A stretch of 64,000 bases of DNA, taken from positions 117,738,001-117,802,000 of the forward strand of contig NC_059427.1 of NCBI RefSeq assembly GCF_021028975.2, in the 5' to 3' direction. Shown in pieces: positions 12,641 to 22,851 of this stretch. The stretch is from Sphaerodactylus townsendi. Lineage: Eukaryota. The notes below the pieces were generated by a model, which made no database searches, was not told the origin of the DNA, and saw only the letters and a program-made list of their open reading frames with translations. The position numbers were made by a program, and so were the translations under genes. Numbering within the stretch: position 1 is the stretch's first letter; each line of letters starts with the position of its first letter.

Positions 12641-13773
12641 GGGTAGGGACAGAAATAGGGGGGGACATAGAGAAGGGGGGAAAGGGACAGAGACAGGTGG
12701 GTGGGTTTTCAAAAGTATATTCTAATAACCAAGATAACAGAATTTAAGGATACTTAAATCCAGTGATTAGAGCTGTGAATAGGTAAGACAGACCTTTTTA
12801 CAGACATGTGTAAAAGGAGCTCTTGTAGCTTTAAGAAACAGGTTCCCTCAGTGGTTGCTGTTAAGCAAACACACCATTGCAGGCATGTGGGCATGGTAAT
12901 TCCAGGGCTGTTTTGGCCTCTGAGAGAGGATTCATCAGGCTTGGGCCTGGAAGCAACCATTGGGTGAAATGATGCCACCAGACTTGCATGTCTTACCTGG
13001 CTGCTTGCCATTATTCAACAACAAACACCCTACGAAAGCCAGTGTGGTATTGCAGTTAGAGCTTCAGAGTACGACCTTTGAGCTGCCCACATTACTGCCA
13101 AAACCTCTGATGGCTTTAAGATTGAAACTTTACTTACTTTTAGGAGTGGTGCTGCTATTGGAAGGAGCCTGAGAGGGTGCTGTTTCTTTGGCCTTGCCAT
13201 TGCCCCCAGGCTTCCTCTGGCCCCCACTCCTCTCCTAGAAGTAAAGCTTAATTTTAAAACCACGAGAGTCTTTTGTGGCAGCAGTGGGGGAAGAACTTCT
13301 TACTCCCTACCTCTCTCTCTCTCTGCATGAGGGCAGGAGGGCAGCAGGCTCATTGGCCGGGATGGGGGGGGGGAAGGCAGGTGACCAAATGCACCCCCCA
13401 TGTGACCTGTACTTTGCCTAGTATGTTTATGAATATTATAAATAATTTCGAGCATATTTTAAATACTTTAAGATACAAGTATAGTACCTCTTCATCTAGA
13501 GATAACATGAAATATATTCTTAAGTGCTCCTCTGACACTACTGCTCCTCTATTCAGGACAGCTGTGAAAATGTCAGATATCTTACTTTAGCAGAACAGAA
13601 TTAATCTTACTTTTTTAATATCCCAGTTTGTATGTGTTTTTATCATATTATAGACACTATGACATAATGAGTAAACAATTCTTGAGTAAACACTATGAGT
13701 AAACAATTCTTGGGTTTAAAAAAAATATGAATCAAATTTATATACCAGCTTTGTGAGAGATCAAAGTAGTTTT

Positions 13774-14076
13774 AAAAGATAAAGATAATGCCCCAGTGCA
13801 AGCACTGGGGCATTACTGACCCATGGGGTGACATCACATCATAATGCTTACTAGACAAACTGTGGGGTGGTTTACCACTGCCTTCCCCAGATATCTGTGC
13901 TTAAACTCCAGCAAGCTAGGTACTCATTTTACTGATCCTGGAAGGATGGAAGACTGAGTCAACCCTGAGCTGGCTATAGGTCAGTCTGAAACGACTTCTA
14001 CTAGGATCAAATCAGGTTGTGAGCAGAGTTTTGACTGGTGTACTACAACTTATAACTATGTGTCATGGCACAGCTC
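13774..14076 (-). mobile_element. Sauria SINE
   Basis: aaagataaag tail, cagcaagctaggtactcatttt...ggaaggatggaagactgagtcaacc core. Confidence 0.8.
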
Positions 14077-14603
14077 AAAGTACTTTACTAGCCTATAAAC
14101 ATTTTACTAGCCTGTTTCTCCCTTCCTATGCTGAGTACCTTGAGAGTAGAGGTGTGCTCTGATTGCGACCCTAAGGGATGTCTGGTTGGACTGGGTGGCA
14201 TTCCAGCCATGTGTGGTTGCTGCTCTGAGGAGTTTTGTTTTAATGCTTAATGATTTCATTTAGTTACATCTGTGTTTTTTTCCCCTCTTCTGTTTCTTTC
14301 AGATATTCTTTGGAGATTTGGGGTTGTTTGGTATTTAGTTTTTGTTTTGAAAGTGGCTGACTTTGATCAGTTTGAACAGCCTCTCCCCTCTTGCCCTTGA
14401 ACTGCTGAGTATAACTTTTGCTGTTGTTAAATCGGCTGGCAGATTTCAGGGAGTGCTGCTGCTTTTCATTCATGTTCTTTTAATTAATTGATTTTATTCC
14501 TTGTGAGTAGAGTTGTCAAATGCTACAGCATTTCTTTTAAATAATTTTATTTAAATTATTATTTATTGTATTATGTTATGCCTGATTGATGAAAACTTCT
14601 TGG

Positions 14604-14933
14604 GGGTTGTTCAGATCATTTCTGCAGAATGCTCAGATCATGTGGAATGCTCATACTGGGTTCTAGTGTCTACTGATCAGATATAGGATCAGGGGAAGGA
14701 GGGGGAGGGCCCTGGCATCTGGACATGGCCCACCCACCCTAGTGGGGGATGGGGATGGGGATGGGGAGGTGTGCCATGCAAGGGAAGAGGAGGGAGGGAG
14801 GGGTGGCATGCAAGGGAGGGGAAGGGGGCCCAGCATCTTGACATGGCCCACCCACCCTAGCGGAGGGAGGGGGAGGGGAGGGAGGGGGAGGTGTGCCATT
14901 CAAGGGGAGGAGGGGGAGGGTTGTTCAGATCAT
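14604..14933. repeat. G-rich imperfect ~120-bp tandem duplication bounded by 16-bp direct repeats
   Basis: gacatggcccacccaccctag and ggaggtgtgccat each occur twice; gggttgttcagatcat at 14604 and 14918. Confidence 0.8.
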
Positions 14934-16319
14934 GACCTTCGACATCTAGTTGTTTTTTCCCTCTCTCTCTTTGATTATAATTATCTTGGTTGTTTCGATC
15001 TTGAAGCAACAGGTAGTATTTACCACCTGAACATGTCACAGTAAAAGGTATTTTGATTACTCCTGCAGTTCATGTTTAGAGTATTTTGGATATCATCCAT
15101 CAAATGTAATAGGAGGAAGAGTTACTGGGAATTATCCCCCTGATTTGGTTCCCCACTCAGACTTTTGTCAGGTAGTATTGGAAGTTCATTCTTATCAAAG
15201 ACAATATATTAACTGGCTACCAAAATGGTGAGTTAAGAAGCATCTAGCTTTCTTACTGAATATGTCATGCGTTAATTGAAAAGCAGTAGAAAGAACCTAG
15301 GGACCACTATATCATGATCTTCTTTTACTCACTCTTTTTCTCCAAGATTACCAAATCTCAGCTAAAGGTAACTTCAAATATATGAGAGGATTCCCCTGAA
15401 GTAGGGGAACAAAAACTTAAGAAATACCTGGACTGATTTTGACTATTGACCCTTCTAATAATCTAGCTAGCAGATTTCAGGATTTAGTTGTGCTTGACTT
15501 CAAATTCAATTGAACCACATTTGTTTTCATCTTTCTCTGAGTTTGATTTACAAGAGGAGAGGGACAGAAATACCACCAATCCAGAGGTAGCTTGCAAAAA
15601 GTAGAATGCATAAAATCAAACAAAAAAATCTAATCATAATCTTAATTTTTAAAAGAAAGTTCTAAGTATTGAAGATTTAATAGAAGTTATTTGAATAACT
15701 TCATCAAATATATCAAAATGTTGACAATGCACACTTTCAGTTAATCAGCTAGGTTTTTTAACAGAGTATGTTCTAAAGTAATTTTTCACTCAAATAGTCT
15801 AAATTTGTGCCAAAAAAATTGAGCCTTGCACTGTTTGAATATTGGCTTTTGCTTAATTTATTTTGTTTCTGACACTAATGCAGAGGAGATACCCTGGACT
15901 AAATAATTGCTTCCTGACAATGCAAGACATTAAGCCCTGAGAACTGGAAAGTCAGTTCTGGCTTCCACTATTGGCCAACAAATGACCATGGAGTTTCAAG
16001 CCTAGCTTTACACTTATAGCAAATAGAAACTTTTTTTCCCAATAATAACAGAAGTCAAAGGCAGATTTCCCAGAATGCTGAATATACCCCTGCACATGCC
16101 TAAGGACAGTCATTAGACATGCACAGCCTTATGTTCCCCAAAGGTTTTATGAACAGTTTGATATATATTCCTCCATTCACCCATTGGGACGTGCATTCTC
16201 CTTGTCATATCTCTTCTTGTCATCCTCCAGAATCAACTGTCAAACACTCTTTAACATCGAGACATGAGTCTACTTCTTCACTTTGTCTTCATTAAACTCA
16301 GTTTCAGATGCAAAGTCTG

Positions 16320-17210
16320 AAGATACTTCCATGTCTTCTCTGGAGGACAGTGTCTCCCCAGCAGAGAACCTCAGATCCTATCATTAGTGTGTTATTTGGC
16401 TCTAATAGCGGGGCAGGTTTCCTCCCTTTAATTAAGCGGATTTGAAAAATAGCAGTGGGGGTTTGGATTAGACCTTCCTCCAGTAAAGCTTCCACAAAAA
16501 AAGTGGAAAATTTATATAAAATAAGATGGGTATGAATTCCTATTGTGGCTCCACACTCTTGACTCCATGGCCACTGAAGTACTCCCTTTGCATTACAGAT
16601 CTGGGTCCCATTCCTCTCCTATGGATTTGGGGGGGGGGGGGCGCAAGGTACTTCAGTTAGAAAAATGTATTCCTCAGGAGCAGTAAGTCTCCCAAGTATC
16701 CAATTCCACTGCTGTCATGGGATGCTTTGAGACAGTATAGGACAATGTATTGATTCCCTACCAGAGGACAAAAAGATTCTGTAATGTTTGCTAAAGGTTT
16801 TAGGATGGGTAAACAGCAATTGAACACTACAAGAAGTATGACTGACAGTGCTAGCAGAGCCATAGCATCTGGAGTGTTTCTGAGGAGATATGCTTGGCTC
16901 AGGGCTTCCTCTTTGCCTCATGACACTAGGGCCAGAATTGAAAACCTTCTTTTTGAAGGCAACACTTTTCAGTGAGGAAACTTGACAGGATTAGGAAAAG
17001 TTGCCCTATAGCAGGGGTAGGGAACCTGCGGCTCTCCAGATGTTCAGGAACTACAATTCCCATCAGCCTCTGTCAGCATGGCCAATTGGCCATGCTGGTA
17101 GGGGCTGATGGGAATTGTAGTTCCTGAACATCTGGAGAGCCGCAGGTTCCCTACCCCTGCCCTATAGCAAAGTCTTTGGCCGTTACCTCCCACAACTCTG
17201 GGATTTCAAA
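16320..17210 (+). mobile_element. Second DIRS remnant: degraded gag, interrupted by a MITE (left boundary approximate)
   Basis: ORF 16784-16975 (SASRAIASGVFLRRYAWLRASSLPHDTRARIENLLFEG) aligns by eye to ARSMASSVVARRNAWLRAW of the first DIRS gag. Confidence 0.75.
17012..17159. mobile_element. Palindromic hAT MITE, 148 bp, young
   Basis: Near-perfect foldback caggggtagggaacctg...; exact 8-bp TSD CCCTATAG. Confidence 0.93.
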
Positions 17211-17216
17211 CGATGT

Positions 17217-17322
17217 ATACCAAACAACCCCAAATCTCCAAAGAATATCTGAAAGAAACAGAAGAGAGGGAAAAACACAGATGTAACTAAATGAAATCAT
17301 TAAGCATTAAAACAAACTCCTC
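17217..17322 (-). repeat. Inverted copy of 14227-14334
   Basis: Reverse complement matches apart from small differences in homopolymer runs. Confidence 0.93.
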
Positions 17323-17329
17323 TATGCTA

Positions 17330-17549
17330 TTGATGTGTTTTATATGTTGTTCCAGTTATGGGTATAGTTCATTATTACAGCTGTGGGGAGTACTGGAACT
17401 GAAGATTACTGGGTAATTCCTGCCTGACACAGGAAGCAGAAAAAAGTCTAGTTCCTTCCTCCCAGGTGAATGGTGGGAAATACCCATGAAGATGTCTTCC
17501 TTCACTCTGAGGAGAAGGACCTTTCATAGGCAAGAACCAGTGGTCATTT
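17330..17549 (+). mobile_element. DIRS right-terminus remnant (similar to the 5020-10434 element)
   Basis: cacaggaag..., cctccca..., gaaatacc..., aagatg..., gaggagaa..., ccagtggtcattt parallels 10304-10435. Confidence 0.6.
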
Positions 17550-17820
17550 ACCTGTAACTGTTGTTATCAAGTGTTTTCTGTGCAGGCATGTATCTTTCCC
17601 TTCTTTCTCCACTGTGGACTGCCATTTGCTTGATTGGTTCTCTTCCACAGTGGCAAAGGGAGACTAGCCCGCTTTCAGCTTCCAAGGGAAGTGGGGATAG
17701 TGCTCCAAGCACTCTGAAATTTCTGGAGGCCTTCTTCTCAGTTCTTCAAAGCCAGCCTGTGCCATTTCCATGCTTGCCTGCACAGAAGACACTCAATGAA
17801 TAACAGTTACAGAGCAATGC
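17550..17820 (+). mobile_element. DIRS ICR and right-end remnant (similar to the 29686-31172 element)
   Basis: Inverted pair ctgtaactgttgttatcaagtgttttctgtgcaggc (17552-17587) and gcctgcacagaagacactcaatgaataacagttacag (17776-17812). Confidence 0.65.
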
Positions 17821-18446
17821 AATTTTGTTATCTACCTCTACAGTTGAGCTCATCTGAGCAAAGCCTTCTGAAGGTACCACCCTGCAAACAGGTATCATTG
17901 GCAGCTGCCTGTTCTGTGGGGCTCTCACGTAGTGGATTGGCCCTCCTGAGGCTGCAAGGAAGGTCCCCATGCTTCTACCATTTCTCAGAATCTGCTAAAC
18001 AGAAATGTTCAGAAGGACAATCTTACAAAGGGATTAGAATTATAGTGTAATGAATTGGCTCAGGAGATTGCTTCTTTAGAGGAGAGTATTACAGCATTTT
18101 GCAATGTTTACGGTAGGTATCCCATACATATACCCTTTATTGCAATACATTGCCTTCTATCTTCGTAACCTTTTCATCAGTACGGTATGTCAAATAGACA
18201 GTTTTATTGTCTTGTTCTTAGCCTACATTAACCGTTTTATTGTCTCAATCTTTTTTTAATTTGCTTGTATTGCTTTCCAATTCTTCAGTCTTAGCCCCAC
18301 TACATTATTTTATCAGAGATCTTTGCTGCCCGATTGAATTTTCTTTGTATTTAGTAACTCAATTTGAGTGTCTGTGACAAAGGCAGCTTATAAATGAAGT
18401 TAATAATAATACTTTCCTCATACTTTTCTTTCTGCTACCTTCTAAC

Positions 18447-19035
18447 TATCTTCGAGACCGTATCTTCGAGACCGCATCACCCCATATGTCCCTGTACGGC
18501 CTCTTCGATCAGTTGAGGCCAACCTACTTGTGGTCCCTGGCCCCTGGCCCCTCGGTGATGCAGCTGGCCTCCACATGGGCCAGGGCCTTCACGGCTCTGG
18601 CCCCGGCCTGGTGGAACGCTCTTCCTCCAACTGTCCGGGCCCTGCGGGACCTTGGTGAGTTCCGCAGGGCCTGTAAGACGGAGCTGTTCCGCCGGGCCTT
18701 TGGAGGAACCGGCCGCTGATGTTGCCTCCCCCTTTCATGGCCCTCTGCCTCATGGCCCTCTACATCTGGGACCTGCCATTCCTCCCTCTTGGGGAGAGGA
18801 TTTCAAATATGGAGCAGCTGGATGCCATTTATATTTATTATTGTATTTTTATTGTATTATATTTATTATTGTATTTTTATTGTATTTTATTGTATTGTAT
18901 TTATAAGATTTAGCTTTTACTGTTTTATCGCAGCTTTTAAAGATTTTGCCATTTTACTATGTTTATTGTTGTACACCGCCCGGAGCCCCTCGGGGATAGG
19001 GCGGTATAAAAATCTAATAAATAAATAAATAAATA
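18447..19035 (+). mobile_element. 5'-truncated L2-clade LINE
   Basis: ORF2 C-terminus RAFTALAPAWWNALP...FRRACKTELFRRAF; 3' stem accgccc...gggcggt and (TAAA)n tail; CpG-rich, so probably young. Confidence 0.88.
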
Positions 19036-19859
19036 ATGCATTCCATGTCTTTTAGCATATGCTGAGTTCTCATATGAAGACTGTTTTTCCCTTTTCTTTT
19101 GATTTTCAAAGTAATACATTTTTGCGTACCTAAAATCCTTCTCACTTGCAAAAACTCCTAGTATTCTATGTATGGTCTCATTTTGCTACCTTGCTAATTG
19201 CATTTGACCTGGTAGTTCAAGAAATGATGGAAAATTCCATCCTAAACTCCACTGGAATTTAATTGTTTATAGGGCTATCACCTTTTTTTCCTTGGTAGAT
19301 CTCTGTTTTTAATTTTTACCTAAGTAATGTAGGTGTAGTTTTTTGCATGATGATGAAGTAATGAGAAGGGCTGTACTACTAGATTTTTTGCCTATCATCC
19401 TGTACTGTACAGGGTCTTTGGGGGGAAATTGGAGCAACTGTGTTCTAGAATGACAGACACATACCTGCTAGTAGTTTCAGGTATAAAACATCAACAGAAT
19501 TGGTTTTAACAAATAAGGACCAGTAGCCCTGTTGTTAGTGGATTTGAACATTTTATAGTGTCTGGAAAAGGCTGACACTCCATAATTCACAATTTCATAC
19601 TAAAAATCAAATGGTGTGCTCACAGTACCTAGGGAACCTGAAAATGCATTTTAACCTGCAATTAGAGTTCTTTTTCTACCAAGAAGTTAAAATTCTACGG
19701 TATATAGGGGTGACAGTTCTGCATTCTCATGGGCAAGGGCTGTTTTCAAAGGCTGTTATATTTTCCGCTTTCTCAGTAGAGAAATAATTACGTACCTGGT
19801 TCCTTGCCAGATTCCATATATGGTTTGTGCTCAGTATTGTATTTAGTACCAGTATACCA

Positions 19860-20640
19860 AGTACACAGCACTTCTGTTCAGAGATGAGAAGAGGAGGACT
19901 GAGACACGAAGGAGGCAGGAATTTATTTGCATGCGGCCAATCGGCAATGTGCGGCTGTTCTTTTGGCTGACTTTCAAAAACCCGAAGAAAAGCAGCCACC
20001 ATGCTAATTGTGGCTAGGTCCTGAAGTGAAAATGTTTTGTGACAGTTGAAAGAATTTAAAGAGGAAGGAAGATCGGTTTAGTGTCAGCTGCAATTAGATA
20101 ATCAAAGCTTTAAAATCCTCATCTGTTGATACCTTACCCAGAGTTAAGGGGGCTGTGTGCTGCCAGAGGTGGGGGCAGGAGGGTGGAGGAATCTCCCTGT
20201 GTGGAAAGGGCATTTCCAAGCCGGCACAGCTAAGGCCTGAGCGAGCTTGCAGGTTTTCTGGGCGCATACTTGCACTGAAAGATTTTCTTGGCAGCTCTAC
20301 AGGATGAGGCTCACTCTGTACACAGCCGACATATTGAAGCCGAGAGCCTAGGCGAACCTAGATGCAGGAGGGGAGACAGCTCTGCACACAATGTAACGTC
20401 TCCTAGGATGGTTGGGCGACACCTTTCCTCAGGTATTTCATTACTTGTTGGCCCTGTTAGAGCAGCCAGCGGGGAAAAAGAGGGCAAATAGCATATGCTT
20501 CTGTTAAATCAGTTTATTACATAATGTTTCAGAGACAGCAGCAGCAGCAGCAGCAGCAGCAGCACAGCGTCCTAAGCTTTTGGCTGCCTTTCAGGTTTGA
20601 TAAAATGGCGTCCTCAGAGAAAGAGCTGCTTGCTAAAGAT
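19860..20640 (+). promoter_or_regulatory. Candidate internal promoter of TNRC6C
   Basis: Repeat-free, CpG-retaining block with octamer ATTTGCAT (19925), NF-Y type GGCCAATCGG (19935), G-rich boxes (~20170) and YY1 motif AAAATGGCG (20602). Confidence 0.5.
20408..20432 (+). CDS. TNRC6C: Predicted alternative first coding exon of TNRC6C (MVGRHLSS + phase 1)
   Basis: Strong Kozak AGGATGG; donor CAG|gtattt; phase 1 matches the acceptor at 22852; in-frame upstream stop at 20276. Confidence 0.55.
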
Positions 20641-22851
20641 ATGCTGTGCAGGGCAGAAAAATGAAGTTATTATTTGTCATTATCTACTGCTGTTTGGTTT
20701 TGGAGTGTTAGTATTTTATTGAGTGCTCACTATCTAATAATGAAGAATGCTGTTTTTAATACTGCTCAGCTTTTTTCCTGAATGCATTAAATGTCCCTAC
20801 ATCAGAGGGAGCGTACTTTCTTGCATACTGTTGTGAAAAAAAATATTAAAAGAGTGATAGGATTTACCACGTGTATTACCTAATTTTGACTGTAAATAAA
20901 GTGGCTGTGTTTAACGTTTTCCTCTCTTAACTCTTACACATTTGCATGTACCTTTTTGGCATAGTCTAACAGTGTTAAGCATTTATGTAGTCAGTGTTCT
21001 TGTTAGAGCAAACTTACAGTAGAGTTTCTCCCTTAAACATTTATGTAATTCAGAATTTAGAATTCACAAATAAGGATTACAGCTAAAATTAATTAAAAAA
21101 TAATGCAGGGAAAGTTGGCTTCCAGGATGCTTGCAAATGCATAAGTTTTTCAAATTTGTTCTGATCCCAGCATATCTACTGATGAAATCAGACAGAGTCT
21201 ATTAACATTGTTAAACATGTCCTGTCAGATTTAACCTGTCCCCTTGAATATTTTCAGCACTGTGCTGTGCTGTACATCACTGATTATTGCAAATACCCAC
21301 ACTTTAATTCACAGTAAGGCAATGTTTTCAGCAAGTTGCCGGAGCGTTCCAAATTGTGATTGTGATAACAAATTTGGGCTTTTGTTGAAATACTCAATCA
21401 GGGTATTAATAACTTCTTACTTGGGGAAGGGCCCCTATTTTTGTTCCTCTTTAGAATCCAGACATTTTGTCACAACAATCCTCAAGAACGCAGGTTACAG
21501 CGGGGACCCAAATTAAGTTTACATTGTTTTCCTGTCCTGCACCTTCTCTTAACAATGGCCCTGTGAGGTAGGCTAGACTGAGTGTGTCTGACTGGCCCAA
21601 GATTACTGGACTTAAATAGCATCCTCTTGAATTCTTAAAAGATACGGGATATTTGGTCTCTTTTTTTGAGAGAGATTCACTATCACTGTAGCTATGGGGG
21701 GGGGGATTCCTAAATTGTGTGATTAGTTTAGAACATTCATTTTTATTTAATAGTTATCAGTGTTACAGGACAAAATGTTAGTGGTCATTTTTATTTGAAG
21801 CTGATGGATGGGTTTGTGCTGTTTTGTTTTTTTAGCAATAACACATTTTAGCTTGCATGAATACTACTTGTAGTTGACAGGCCTCAGTCTTGAAGCTTCC
21901 TTCAAGTGGTGCTTTCTGCTGTGCCTTGTAGTTTCTAGTTCAACAGCATTGACCTCTGCTTTTCATTGAATAGGATCTGGGGCAAGGGGACAACTTGCCC
22001 CTTGCCATAGCACTGCATTTAGGCTCCACCTTCTGTACTAGTTTGTGCGCAGAGAGTACTAATGTCTTCTCAAAGTCTTGTTTACAGTAGAAATACTTTT
22101 GAAGTCTTTTGTGCTTCTGAGTTTAGGAAGACACAGATGAATCCCAGTCTGCTGTCCTATGCTGAGAATACAATATCTGTTTTTGCGTTTATAGATTTTT
22201 TCCCCATATCAAAAGCCTGGATCTTAATTGAAAATAAACTGGGTTGAATTTTCCAGAACTTTTCTACTAATGGCAACACCTTCCTTCAAACACAAAAAGT
22301 CTCACACCAGCAAAAGAACCTCCTGCATTGGACAAAAGCCCTACGATTAGCAAAAATGTTTTGTAGAATCATGTGTTCAGAATTATAATTAGTGCTGTTT
22401 CAAAGTACCATTGTACTTTTGGTTTGTTCTGAAAGGAAGCTGATATAGAATTCAGTTTAAAATTTCTATGGCATATGGGAAAATATTTGAACATATACTC
22501 TACTCTACTGTGACACTTACCAGGACTAGTGCTATTGGTTCAATCTAATAAGTACATGAACAAATGCATGAATGTGGGAGGAAAGGGTGAGGGTCACTGC
22601 TTGAGACTATAGTATTGGTGATATACAAAACATATGCATATTACCTTAAGTTTTAAACTGTAAAAACAATTGTAATTTTAAATTTATTGTTTTAGTATGG
22701 GCTAGATTTTATTTTTCCAGCTGTACATCCATAAAACAGCCTGTAAAAAGAGGGTGCGCTTTAAAGAATGTAAGCATAACGATCAAGCCGAGTGTAAACT
22801 GATGTATTCAGATCAACAGCAGACTAATTTATGTCATGTTTAATTTTTCAG

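Noticed and set aside
13667-13712. Short tandem duplications here, at 160-183 and at 62989-63040
   Set aside because: Ordinary slippage duplications with no other signal
15380-15800. AT-rich stretch with an SRFQDL motif suggesting an old hAT transposase
   Set aside because: Too degraded to support; no TIRs found
22836-22851. ATG start of the 904-aa ORF (MFNFS), and its tail to 25550
   Set aside because: The ATG lies in the polypyrimidine tract before the acceptor at 22852, and the tail is intron read-through past the donor at 25440
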